This document shows, piece after piece, positions 17,427 to 27,244 of a stretch of 40,117 bases of DNA. Each line of letters starts with the position of its first letter. The first letter of the stretch is position 1. Origin of the DNA: an uncultured Deinococcaceae bacterium (GTDB lineage: Bacteria; Deinococcota; Deinococci; Deinococcales; Deinococcaceae); the NCBI GenBank assembly GCA_964252075.1, contig CAXULY010000047.1, forward strand, positions 1 through 40,117, in the 5' to 3' direction. Below the pieces are notes generated by a model that was given only the letters and a program-made list of their open reading frames with translations, was not told the DNA's origin and ran no database searches. The position numbers and the translations under genes were made by a program.

Positions 17427-20042
17427 ATGGTCAAGGACATCTGGCTGATTCACCACTCGCACACCGACATCGGCTTCACGCACCCGCAACCCATCGTGTT
17501 CGAACTGCACCGCCGCTACATCGACGAGGTGCTGGACCTCATTGAGCGCGGGCAGGACCGTCCGGACGCCGCGCAGTTCCGCTGGACCTGCGAGACGACC
17601 GGCATCGCGTGGGACTGGTGGGTGCAGGCGGACGCCCGGCAGCGCGCGCGCTTCCTCGCGGCGGAGCGCTCCGGGCACCTGGAGGTCGCGGCGCTGCGCT
17701 GGAACATGACGCCCCTCGCGGACCACACCCTGCTCGCCGCGCAGCTGCGCGAAGCGGAGTGGCTGCGCGCCGAGGGCCTCACCATCCGCAGCGCCATGCA
17801 GAGCGACGTGAACGGCCTCCCGTGGGGCACCGTGCGGGCCCTGCTGGACCACGGCATCACGGGATTCTCCATGGCGATTAACGAGCACTTCGGGCGGGCG
17901 GTCAGCCCGCGCCCCGGCGCGTTCTGGTGGGAATCGCCGGACGGCGACCGCATCCTCACCTGGAACGGCCCGCACTACCACTCCACCCCGAACCGCGCCA
18001 TGCGCATCGGCGGCCCGCTGGACGAGGCACAGCCCGCCACGGAAGCATACCTCGCGCAGCTCGACGCGCGCGGCTACCCGCTCTCGGTGCTGGGCCTGCA
18101 ACCCACGCACATCTACTTCTCCGACAACGACGCGCCGGACGCGGGCCTCCCGCAGTTCGTGGAGGACTGGAACGCCTCCGGGCACCCGGTCACCATGCGC
18201 CTCGCGACGCTCTCGCAGTTCATGGACCGCCTGCGCGAGGAGGCGACCGATCAGCTGCCCGTGCAGCGCGGCGACTGGACGGACTGGTGGAATTTCGGGG
18301 CGGGCAGCACCGCCCGCGAGACGCGCCTGCACATGCAGGGCCAGCGGGACCTCACGACCGCCCGGCAGCTGCAGGCATGGGTGCCGGCCCCCGCGCGCTC
18401 CGCGCCGCTGGAGGCGCAGGCGGAGGACGCCCTCACCCTGTACGCCGAGCACACCTGGGGCGCCGACTGGGGCGCCGCGACGCCCACCAGCGACGAGACG
18501 GCCATCCAGCTGAGCCACAAGCTGGAGTACGCGTACCAGGGCGTGACGCTCGCGCGCTTCCTGAAACGCGACGCGCTCCTCGCGCTGGCACGGCAGGTGC
18601 CCGGCGATGGCCCCAGCCTGCTCGCGTACAACCCGCTGCCCTTCCCCGTCACGTCCATGCTGCGCGTGCCAGAGAACACCCCGCGCTACGTACCGAACAT
18701 GGCGCACCTCGCGCAGCGCTTCGACGTGGAGTTCAACGGCCGCAAGGGCGCCGCGCGCTGGGTTGGGCCAGTCACGCTGCCCGCCCTGGGGTACACGGTG
18801 CTGCCGCTTGACCTCGCGGCGCAGGGCGCCGACATGGGCACCACCCCCACCGGCCTGGGCGGTGACCTCCCCACCGACGCCCTCACGGCGTCCTCCGAGG
18901 GGCTCACGCACGCCCCGGACGCCCTGGACAATGGCGAGGTCGCCGTGCAGTTCGACGTCACGGGCGGCGGCATCACCTCTCTGCGCGCGAACGGCCGCGA
19001 GTACGCCCGCGCAGGGCTGGGGCGGCTGGTGATCGAGCAGCCGGAACCGGCCCGCCGCACCGCCATCTTCGGCCCGCCACCCTGGCTGGCCTTCGACATG
19101 CACGACGCCTGGCACCACGGGTGGGAAGTGGTCCGCGCCAACGCCGCGTTGGACGGCAGCGAGTCGCGCGCCGTGCCGGGCGCCGTGGAGCACGAGCAGC
19201 TCCTGCGCTTCCCCAGCGGCGAGCGCGCCAGCGTGCTGTACCGCCTGCACCCCGGCGAGGCGGCGCTGCACGTGCACGTGACGCTGCACCTCCAGCCGGA
19301 CACCACCCCGCGCGCCACCTACCTGCACCTGCCTCTCAACCTGGACGGCGCCGCCGAGGCGCACTTCGAGACGGCGGGCGCCACCGTCGCCTTCGACCGC
19401 GAGCAGTTGCCGGGCAGCAGCCGCCACTACGTCACCACCCTGGACTGGCTACGCCTGCAGGACGAGCGGGCGGGCGTGACGGTCGCCACGCCCGACGCGC
19501 CCCTGTGGCAGATCGGCGGCTTCACCTTCGGTCGTTTCGACGAGGAGGGCCCCGCCCCCTTCGAGCCCACCCTGAACGCGTGGCTCACCAACAACTACTG
19601 GGACACCAACTTCATGGCGGACCAGGCGGGCGAACTGCGCTTCCGCTTCACGCTCGCGCTGCACGACCCGGAGGACCTGGGGGCTAGCGCGCGGCGCGCC
19701 CTGGCATTCGTCAGCCCACCGGAGATTCAGGTGTTCACCGCAGGAGCGGACACGCAGGTGCGCGCGCCGCAGCTCCTGAACGTCGAGCTGAACGGCGCGC
19801 GCCTGACGGGCCTGCGCGAGGTGGACGGCGTGGCACTGCTGCAGGTGTTCAACCCCACCGCGGAGGCCCGCACCGTGTACGTCAGCGCCGGTGAGCGCAC
19901 CCCGCTGGGCCTCACCCGCCGCTCGCTGGGCGGCGAGGAGGAAGCGGCGGGTGAGGGCCGCGCGGGGCAGTACCACGTCACCGTTCCGGGTCGGCTGTGG
20001 TGCAAGCTGGCCGTGACGCTCGAACCGACCGCCGCGCCATGA
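17427..20042 (+). CDS. GH38-like (alpha-mannosidase-like) glycoside hydrolase
   Basis: HHSHTDIGF metal motif, MQSDVNG putative nucleophile region, DNDAP, GDWTDWW, EHTWG, NNYWDTNF. AGGAG RBS. Confidence 0.85.
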   Translation: MVKDIWLIHHSHTDIGFTHPQPIVFELHRRYIDEVLDLIERGQDRPDAAQFRWTCETTGIAWDWWVQADARQRARFLAAERSGHLEVAALRWNMTPLADHTLLAAQLREAEWLRAEGLTIRSAMQSDVNGLPWGTVRALLDHGITGFSMAINEHFGRAVSPRPGAFWWESPDGDRILTWNGPHYHSTPNRAMRIGGPLDEAQPATEAYLAQLDARGYPLSVLGLQPTHIYFSDNDAPDAGLPQFVEDWNASGHPVTMRLATLSQFMDRLREEATDQLPVQRGDWTDWWNFGAGSTARETRLHMQGQRDLTTARQLQAWVPAPARSAPLEAQAEDALTLYAEHTWGADWGAATPTSDETAIQLSHKLEYAYQGVTLARFLKRDALLALARQVPGDGPSLLAYNPLPFPVTSMLRVPENTPRYVPNMAHLAQRFDVEFNGRKGAARWVGPVTLPALGYTVLPLDLAAQGADMGTTPTGLGGDLPTDALTASSEGLTHAPDALDNGEVAVQFDVTGGGITSLRANGREYARAGLGRLVIEQPEPARRTAIFGPPPWLAFDMHDAWHHGWEVVRANAALDGSESRAVPGAVEHEQLLRFPSGERASVLYRLHPGEAALHVHVTLHLQPDTTPRATYLHLPLNLDGAAEAHFETAGATVAFDREQLPGSSRHYVTTLDWLRLQDERAGVTVATPDAPLWQIGGFTFGRFDEEGPAPFEPTLNAWLTNNYWDTNFMADQAGELRFRFTLALHDPEDLGASARRALAFVSPPEIQVFTAGADTQVRAPQLLNVELNGARLTGLREVDGVALLQVFNPTAEARTVYVSAGERTPLGLTRRSLGGEEEAAGEGRAGQYHVTVPGRLWCKLAVTLEPTAAP

Positions 20043-21847
20043 CGCCGCTTGGGCGCCGGGGCGCGGCGAACTACGACGCCTCACCGGTCGTGCAGGTGAG
20101 CGCCGACGCGGACGGGCGGGCCTGGGCGGGCTGGCCGGCGGTGCTCGCGCAGTGGCGCGCCGCGCTGGACGCCGCCCGTGGACCATCGAGCGTGCTCACC
20201 ATCGACTGCTACCCGGGCGTGCACCTGGAGGAAGTGGAGGCCGCCCTGCGCGGCGCGTGGCCGGACGCGCGGGTGCTGCGCGCCGACGACGCCTTCCTGC
20301 CCGGCGCCGTGATTGACGAACGGATCGCAGGGACCCTCACGGAGGACCGGGTGTTCGGCGTGCGCACCTGCGGGCAGCTGACGGACTTCCTGGACCCCGG
20401 GCGCCTGGGCGCCCTGCGGGAGGCCGTCCGGACGGCGACGGGCGTTGTGGTGCTGCTCGGCACGGGCGCGTCCCTGATTCACGAGGGGGACTGCCTGGTC
20501 GTCGCGGACCTGCCGCGCTGGGAGCGCCAGCTGCGGTTGCGGGCCGGGGCGCCCAACTGGCGCGCGGACAACGGCGGGCAGGACATCCTGCGCAAGTACA
20601 AGCGCGCGTACTTCTGGGAGTGGCCCCTCGCGGACCGCCACAAGCGCGCGCTGTTCCCCCGCACGCAGTTCCTGCTGGACACCACCCGCCCCGGCCACCC
20701 GAAGCTCCTTACGGGCGCGGCGTTCCAGGAGGGGCTGCGGCACACCGCCACGCGGCCCTTCCGGGTGGTGCCGTTCTTCGACCCGGGCGTGTGGGGCGGG
20801 CAGTGGATGAAGGACACCTTCGACCTCGACCCGGCCGCGCCGAACCTCGCGTGGGGATTCGACTGCGTGCCAGAAGAGAACAGCCTGCAGCTGCGCTACG
20901 GTGAGGTAACGGTGGAGGTTCCCGCGCAGGACCTCGTGATGCTGCAGCCGCGGGCGCTGCTGGGTGAGCGGACCTTCGCGCGGTTCGGCGCGGAGTTCCC
21001 CATCCGCTTCGACCTGCTCGACACCATGGGCGGGCAGCACCTCAGCCTGCAGGTGCACCCGCTGGTGCAGTACATGCAGGAGCACTTCGGGCTGCCATAC
21101 ACGCAGGACGAGAGTTACTACCTCCTGGACGCCGGGGAGGACGCGCGGGTGTACGTGGGCCTGCGAGACGGCGTGACCCTCCCGGCCCTCGCGGAGGCGC
21201 TGGACGCCGCGCAGTCCGGCGCGGGCTTCGACGCGGACCGCTACGTGAACAGCGTGCCGGTGCGGCCGCACGACCACGTGCTGATTCCGGCGGGCACCAT
21301 TCACTGCTCCGGGCGGGACACCATGGTGCTGGAGGTCAGCGCCACGCCGTTCATCTTCACCTTCAAGCTGTGGGACTGGGGCCGACTCGGGCTCGACGGG
21401 CGCCCCCGCCCGGTTCACCTCGCGCACGGCCTCGCCAACATCCAGCCGGAACGGGACGCGACGTGGGCGCAGCAGCACCTGCTGCACCGCGCGCAACCGC
21501 TGGCGGAGGGCGCGGGCTGGCGCGAGGAGCGCACGGGCCTGCACGAGTTCGAGTTCATCGAGACGCGCCGCCACTGGTTCAGCGCGCCCGTTCAGCACGA
21601 CACGCGCGGGACGCTGCACGTACTGAACCTCGTGCAGGGTCGGGCGGCGGTGGTGGAGAGCCCGCACGGGCACTTCGCGCCGTTCGTGGTGCATTACGCC
21701 GAGACCTTCATCGTGCCCGCCGCGGTCGGGCCGTACACCATCCGGCCACACGGGACGGACGCGGGCGAGGAACTCGCGACGGTGCAGGCATCGGTCCGCG
21801 GGACGGAATGCGCGGAACAGGAGGCGTCGCCCCTCACGCCAGGGTGA
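20039..21847 (+). CDS. long class I mannose-6-phosphate isomerase-like cupin protein
   Basis: ATG 20039 overlaps the GH38 stop. PGVWGGQWMK, EFPIRFDLLD, LSLQVHP, QDESYY, IPAGTIH motifs. Confidence 0.85.
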   Translation: MTPLGRRGAANYDASPVVQVSADADGRAWAGWPAVLAQWRAALDAARGPSSVLTIDCYPGVHLEEVEAALRGAWPDARVLRADDAFLPGAVIDERIAGTLTEDRVFGVRTCGQLTDFLDPGRLGALREAVRTATGVVVLLGTGASLIHEGDCLVVADLPRWERQLRLRAGAPNWRADNGGQDILRKYKRAYFWEWPLADRHKRALFPRTQFLLDTTRPGHPKLLTGAAFQEGLRHTATRPFRVVPFFDPGVWGGQWMKDTFDLDPAAPNLAWGFDCVPEENSLQLRYGEVTVEVPAQDLVMLQPRALLGERTFARFGAEFPIRFDLLDTMGGQHLSLQVHPLVQYMQEHFGLPYTQDESYYLLDAGEDARVYVGLRDGVTLPALAEALDAAQSGAGFDADRYVNSVPVRPHDHVLIPAGTIHCSGRDTMVLEVSATPFIFTFKLWDWGRLGLDGRPRPVHLAHGLANIQPERDATWAQQHLLHRAQPLAEGAGWREERTGLHEFEFIETRRHWFSAPVQHDTRGTLHVLNLVQGRAAVVESPHGHFAPFVVHYAETFIVPAAVGPYTIRPHGTDAGEELATVQASVRGTECAEQEASPLTPG

Positions 21848-21907
21848 ACCGGAGAGGTCCATGTGGGGGCCGGCCTGGACGCATGGCCGGCCCGGCGCGT
21901 GCGGTGC

Positions 21908-22477
21908 TCAGCGGTCGGGCTGGGGGCGCAGGCCGTCGAGGGCAATGTTGAGCAGGTGGTCGCGCTGCGCGTCGTGTTCGAAACTCACGCCCGCGAGGCC
22001 TGTCACGAGGCGCAGCACGTCGCCGATGGAGACGTCCGCGCGGACGACGCCCGCCGCCTGCGCGCGCTCGACGAGCACCTGCCCGGCCGGGTACAGGGCG
22101 GTCCGGCAGGCTTTGAAGGTGTCGGAGTCGCGGTTGAGGCCGTCGATGAGCACGCGCTTCGTGGCGATGTAGCGCGTCAGGCGGTGAATCCAGGCGGTGA
22201 GGGCCGCCCAGGGTTCGAGGTGCGACACGTCCTGCGCGGCGGCGCACACGTCGAGGACCTCATCGACGTAGACGCTCTCGACGAGGTCCTCGCGGGTCGG
22301 GAAGTTGCGGTAGAGCGTGCCGATGCCGACGTTGGCGCGGCGCGCGATGTCCTCGAGGGGCGCGGTGGTGCCGTGCTCGGCGAAGGCTTCGCGGGCGGCG
22401 TGGACGAGGGCGTCGTAGTTGCGCCGGGCGTCGGCGCGTTTGGGTCGGTGGGCGGTGAGCTGTTCGAGGTCGGTCAT
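21908..22477 (-). CDS. TetR/AcrR family regulator
   Basis: RADARRN..., LEDIARRANVGIGTLYRNFPTREDL HTH; start at ATG 22477. Confidence 0.93.
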   Translation of the reverse strand: MTDLEQLTAHRPKRADARRNYDALVHAAREAFAEHGTTAPLEDIARRANVGIGTLYRNFPTREDLVESVYVDEVLDVCAAAQDVSHLEPWAALTAWIHRLTRYIATKRVLIDGLNRDSDTFKACRTALYPAGQVLVERAQAAGVVRADVSIGDVLRLVTGLAGVSFEHDAQRDHLLNIALDGLRPQPDR

Positions 22478-22500
22478 GGTCGCGTCCAGGGGTGTGACCC

Positions 22501-22547
22501 CCACTTGAAATGGAGGCTCCCTCCGTTTAAAGTGGAGGCCTCCTCCA
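22501..22547. promoter_or_regulatory. tandem TetR operators
   Basis: Palindrome CCACTTGAAATGGAGG-CTC-CCTCCGTTTAAAGTGG (22501-22535, 14/16 arm match) and a second TGGAGG-CCT-CCTCCA (22533-22547), between the divergent tetR and MFS genes. Confidence 0.8.
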
Positions 22548-22608
22548 GTATACGCGCCTGCGGCTGGAGTGCACGAACGCGGACTCACCGTTCGAGAAGG
22601 AACACGCC

Positions 22609-24039
22609 ATGAACACCCCAGGCCACCCCACCCGCACCTTCACGGTGCTGGCCATCGCCGCCGCGTCCTTCACGATGCTGCAGTCACTCGTCAGCCCGGT
22701 CCTCCCCACCATCCAGCGCGACCTCCACACCACCGCCGCCGCCGTCTCCTGGATCCTCATCGCCTGGCTGCTCTCCGCCGCCGTCGCCACCCCCATCCTC
22801 GGGCGCATCGGCGACCTCATGGGCAAGAAACGCACGCTCATCATCGCCCTCGCCGCCATCGTCGCCGGGAGCCTCCTCGCGGCCGCCGCCCCCAGCATCA
22901 CGCTCGTCATCGCCGGACGCATCATCCAGGGCCTCGGCGGCGCCGTCTTCCCCCTCGCCTTCGGCATCCTGCGCGATGAACTCCCCGCCGCGCGCGTCCC
23001 CACCTACGTCGGCATCCTCTCCGGCGTCATCGCCGCCGGCGGTGGCCTCGGCACCGTCCTCGCCGGACCCATCGTGGACCTCGCGAGCTGGCGCGGCCTG
23101 TTCTGGATTCCCGCCCTCGTGGTCACCGCCACCGCCATCATCGCGCACCGACTGATCCCCGCCTCCCCCATCCACACCACCGGCCGCATCAACATCAGCG
23201 CCGCCGCCCTGCTGGCCGGCTGGCTGGTCGCCCTGCTGCTCCCCCTCACGCAGGGCTCGGCGTGGGGCTGGACCTCCCCCGCCGTTCTCACCCTGCTCGT
23301 CGCGGCCGCCGCGCTCTTCACCGCCTGGATCATGACCGAGACGCGCGCCCGGCACGCCCTGATCGACCTGCGCATGATGCGCCTGCCCGCCGTCTGGACC
23401 ACGAACCTCGTGGCCCTGCTGTTCGGCGCCGCCATGTTCTCCATGAACGCCTTCCTGCCGCAGTTCGTCCAGATGCCCCTCACGACCGGGTACGGCTTCG
23501 GGGCGAGCGTGACCGGCGCGGGCCTGCTCATGCTGCCCCTGCTCGCCACCATGGCGGTCAGCGGCACGCTCAGTGGCGCCCTCGCCCGCCACCTGAACTT
23601 CAAGGCGCAGCTCACCACCGGCTCCGCGCTGACCGCCCTCGCGTGCATCGCCCTGGCGCTCGCGCACACCACCGTCTGGGAAGTCGCGCTCGCCGGCGGC
23701 GTGTTCGGCCTCGGCCTCGGCCTCGCCTACGCCGCCTCCACCAGCCTGATCGTGCAGAGCGTCTCGCCCGCCCAGACCGGCGCGGCGAGCGGCATGAGCA
23801 CCAACATCCGCACCATCGGCGGCGCCATCGGCACCGCCGTCATCAGCACCGTGATTTACGCCCACCCGCAGGTGGGGGGGCTCCCCAGCGCGGACGGCTT
23901 CACGCACGGCTTCCTGGTCATCGCTGGCCTCGCGGTGCTCGCCACCGCCGGGTCGTTCCTGGTGCCAACCGCCCGCCGGGCGCACTACTCGACGCTCGGT
24001 CAGGACGTCCCCACCGCCATCACCGCCGAAGCGCAGTGA
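22609..24039 (+). CDS. MFS transporter (DHA2-like drug/metabolite efflux)
   Basis: Motif A GRIGDLMGKKR, GRIIQGLGG, about 14 hydrophobic segments; AAGGA RBS. Confidence 0.93.
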   Translation: MNTPGHPTRTFTVLAIAAASFTMLQSLVSPVLPTIQRDLHTTAAAVSWILIAWLLSAAVATPILGRIGDLMGKKRTLIIALAAIVAGSLLAAAAPSITLVIAGRIIQGLGGAVFPLAFGILRDELPAARVPTYVGILSGVIAAGGGLGTVLAGPIVDLASWRGLFWIPALVVTATAIIAHRLIPASPIHTTGRINISAAALLAGWLVALLLPLTQGSAWGWTSPAVLTLLVAAAALFTAWIMTETRARHALIDLRMMRLPAVWTTNLVALLFGAAMFSMNAFLPQFVQMPLTTGYGFGASVTGAGLLMLPLLATMAVSGTLSGALARHLNFKAQLTTGSALTALACIALALAHTTVWEVALAGGVFGLGLGLAYAASTSLIVQSVSPAQTGAASGMSTNIRTIGGAIGTAVISTVIYAHPQVGGLPSADGFTHGFLVIAGLAVLATAGSFLVPTARRAHYSTLGQDVPTAITAEAQ

Positions 24040-24041
24040 TG

Positions 24042-24084
24042 CATGGTGACGCGCCGGGCGCAGTGCGCCCGGCGCGTCACCATG
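24042..24084. terminator. 43-bp perfect inverted repeat, probable terminator
   Basis: CATGGTGACGCGCCGGGCGCA-G-TGCGCCCGGCGCGTCACCATG directly after the MFS stop. Confidence 0.7.
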
Positions 24085-24563
24085 GAGCGCAGTGGAACGC
24101 CGCGCGCGACGGACGGGACAAGGTGCCGGGATCGGCGGTGATGGGGACAAGCGGAATAACTCCCACGACACGCCGGATGGCGCGGCCCTTCCGCGGTTCT
24201 GCAAGAGCAGGAACTTACTTGGGCTTCAGCCCCATCAGGATGTGAGCAGGTGTGGAAGAGCCGACGCTTCTGCAGGCACGCAGGCTGTCACCGGCACGGC
24301 AACCTTCCAGCCTATTGGGCGCCCAGGTTAGACCGAGTCCCGCAACGGCTCCCCTTTGATGGCACTGCCATCGGTGTCTTTCTGGACTCTGGTTGCCCCT
24401 CGTTATCCTGTATGGCTGTGTGACGCTTAAGGCCATGTGCGAGCCACGTTTCGACCGAGAACGAGAAGGACCCGTCAAGAACCCACAGCACAAGTAGGCT
24501 TTTGCACATTTGACCCCCTAAAAGGGGGTGTGCCCATGGATCAGCCGTCTTTAGTATTCCTCC

Positions 24564-26813
24564 ATGAGAACCTCACGCAGTCAGGGCTACGCGCTGATCT
24601 CGGCCCTGGCCTTCATGGCCATCGTCATGATTTCCGTGGCGATCGTGGTGGCGTACGGCTACTACAACCGCGGGCTCGCGGTGGACCTCACGAAAACCAC
24701 GCAGGCGCAGTACGCCGCGGAAGCGGGACTGGAGCAGAGCACCGAGGACCTCTGGAACGACATGCTCGTCCCATACCCATCGTCCATCCGCACGCTCGGC
24801 TTCTACCGCGGCAAGTTGAACTTCCTGCTGGCGGCAGGAGCGACGTACGCGTTTCCCACGGGCACACTGGATGACGGCAGCACCTACAACGTCACGGTGA
24901 AACGCGAGGACCGGGCGAACTCCACCATCCTCTCGCTCACCTCCACCGGCACGTCACCCAGCAACGGGGCGCTCCGCATCATCAACCAGACGCTCACCGT
25001 CGCCCCCGCGAAATTCACGGGCCTGGATTTCGCGATGCTGAGCAACAACATCAACTGCACCTTTTGTCACACGCGCGTGACGTCCATGGAGGCGGCGTAC
25101 GGCAGCACTGGCGCGAACCAGACGAACCGCGTGAAGGTGGGCACGCTGCAGTCGCTGGAGATGCGCGTGGCGAATGCCGCGAACCAGTACGACGCGGTGG
25201 ACACCCTGATCGGCGGGACGGTGTACACGCGCGGCAAGGTGCTGAACCAGCAGCAGGATGCATTCGATGTGTCCAGCACGGACGACCTGCGGTTCAACAA
25301 GATCGACAGCGCCGGCAAGGTGACGTACGACGGCAGCAAGTCCCTGCAGAACAACGTCGTGCGCGGCCAGAAGAACGACTGCTCGGTCGCGACCAACTGC
25401 CAGACCAGCAACCAGAACTTCTACTCCAACTACCCGGACGCCGCCGGCATTGATGGCGCCCTGCCGAAAGCCTTCCCACTGCCCGTTCCAGACGAGGACA
25501 ACGACAAGTACATCAGCAAGGCGGAGTGGGCGAACGCCATCAAAACCGAGTACGAGCAGAACGCCTCCACCTACGGCTCGCTGACGGCCATCTCCGGCGG
25601 GCAGGCGGCGCTCGGCGCGCCCGGCGCCGTCGCGTACCGGCAGACGTCCGTGACGGAAATGGGCACCTCCAGGAGCATCGCCAACGGCACCTGGAAGCAG
25701 GTGGCGGGCACGGTCAGCACCGGCGTGGACGCACAGCGCGGCATTCCCGGCAATCTGTACCTGTCAGGCAAGGTGAGGGTGGACGGCACCGTTTACGTGG
25801 ACGGCGACGTGGTCATCGGCAAGGACTTCCAGGTGTCCGGCAAGGGGAAGCTCGTGGCCCGCGGCAACGTGTACGTCAGCGGTGACATTCAGTACGACTG
25901 CACCACGGCAGCCAGCCCCAACAAGACCTGCGATTACGGCAACCTCGCGGACCCGGACCTCCCGAGTTTCGGCCTTTCAGCGGTCGGGAACGTGATGGTG
26001 GGCGATTACTCGTCCAGCCAGTACGCCCTGCGGCCGTCGCTGCTCGACAAGAACGACAACATTCCCCCGTTCGTGACGGCGTACAAGAACAAGATCGCCG
26101 TGCCGTTCGTGGTGGCGGAAGTGGCGAATTTCAACAAGCTGGAATACGAGAAGGCGCTCAAGGACGCCAGTTATGTGCCGCGCTTCTACAAGATGCGTGA
26201 TGAGGACCCCATCATCGTGTACACCGGCACGGGCGAGAACTTCTCTGGCTATCAGGGAACCGATGTCACCTACCTCGGGTGCGATGCGGCCACTAAAGAT
26301 GCGGTGGGGAAGTGCTCCACGTCCTCGTCGGACAACAACATCATGAGCAGGGCGCGCGTGGTCAGCATGGAACCGACCGGCGACTGGATCAGCGAATCGG
26401 ACGTGAAGCAGACCTGGATTGACAACATCGAAACCCCCTCGCGGCCTCAGGTGAACTCCCTGGCGCGCCCCGGCACGAAAATCTCGAAGCCCCTTCAGAT
26501 CGACGCGTCCCTTTACAGCGCGAACGCCACCTTCGCGCTGGCGCGCGGCTGCTCGAACGTGAGTTGCGGCAGCGGGCTGCGGTCGAACATTGACGGCCGC
26601 ATCACCATGAACGGCTCACTCATCTCGGCGGACCTCGGGGTGCTGTCGGCCGGATCGGGCGGCAAGACCAGCAGCTGGATCAACGGGCAGCGCGACACGG
26701 GCCTCGACATTCACTACGACTCGCGCAGCGCCGGGCTGTTCAAACTCGACTACGGCGACAACGTCATGATGGTGAAGGGTGATTACCAGCTGGTGGGCAA
26801 GGAGGCGCCATGA
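24564..26813 (+). CDS. large PilX/GspK-type minor pilin with beta-solenoid (ComZ-like)
   Basis: Class III leader MRTSRSQG|YALISAL lacking Glu5; AQYAAEAGLE PilX N-terminal motif; solenoid repeats GNLYLSGKVRVDGTVYVDGDVVI..GKGKLVARGNVYVSGDI. Confidence 0.85.
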   Translation: MRTSRSQGYALISALAFMAIVMISVAIVVAYGYYNRGLAVDLTKTTQAQYAAEAGLEQSTEDLWNDMLVPYPSSIRTLGFYRGKLNFLLAAGATYAFPTGTLDDGSTYNVTVKREDRANSTILSLTSTGTSPSNGALRIINQTLTVAPAKFTGLDFAMLSNNINCTFCHTRVTSMEAAYGSTGANQTNRVKVGTLQSLEMRVANAANQYDAVDTLIGGTVYTRGKVLNQQQDAFDVSSTDDLRFNKIDSAGKVTYDGSKSLQNNVVRGQKNDCSVATNCQTSNQNFYSNYPDAAGIDGALPKAFPLPVPDEDNDKYISKAEWANAIKTEYEQNASTYGSLTAISGGQAALGAPGAVAYRQTSVTEMGTSRSIANGTWKQVAGTVSTGVDAQRGIPGNLYLSGKVRVDGTVYVDGDVVIGKDFQVSGKGKLVARGNVYVSGDIQYDCTTAASPNKTCDYGNLADPDLPSFGLSAVGNVMVGDYSSSQYALRPSLLDKNDNIPPFVTAYKNKIAVPFVVAEVANFNKLEYEKALKDASYVPRFYKMRDEDPIIVYTGTGENFSGYQGTDVTYLGCDAATKDAVGKCSTSSSDNNIMSRARVVSMEPTGDWISESDVKQTWIDNIETPSRPQVNSLARPGTKISKPLQIDASLYSANATFALARGCSNVSCGSGLRSNIDGRITMNGSLISADLGVLSAGSGGKTSSWINGQRDTGLDIHYDSRSAGLFKLDYGDNVMMVKGDYQLVGKEAP

Positions 26814-27244
26814 ACCGCAAAGGCTTCACGCTGCTCGAACTGCTGATCGTCATCGCGATCATCGGTATCCTGGCGGCCATCAGCGCGTCTCTGTTCACCC
26901 GCCTCTCCGCGAAGCAGCGCGTGGCGGAAGCGCAGAACGCCGTCGCGTACGAACTCTCCACCGCCCGCAGCCAGACCAGGAGGTTCGCCCTGAAACGCCA
27001 GGTGCGCTGGACGGCCAACTCCATGACGGTCCTGAACAGCGCCAACACCACCCTCAAGACCATTCCCATCCCGAACGGCGTCACCCTGTCCAGCGCCGGG
27101 ACCTCCGTGGTGTACAGCCCGCCGTACGGCCGGACGGACGCCGCGTCCACCAGTCAGGAAATCACCCTCACCGGCGCGTACGGCATCACCGCGAAGGTGC
27201 GGATCATCGGCGTCACAGGCAAGGTGGTCAAGAATGCGTTCTGA
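26810..27244 (+). CDS. type IV minor pilin (FimU/GspH-like)
   Basis: MNRKG|FTLLELLIVIAIIGILAAI methylation motif; GGAGG RBS; ATGA overlap. Confidence 0.92.
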   Translation: MNRKGFTLLELLIVIAIIGILAAISASLFTRLSAKQRVAEAQNAVAYELSTARSQTRRFALKRQVRWTANSMTVLNSANTTLKTIPIPNGVTLSSAGTSVVYSPPYGRTDAASTSQEITLTGAYGITAKVRIIGVTGKVVKNAF

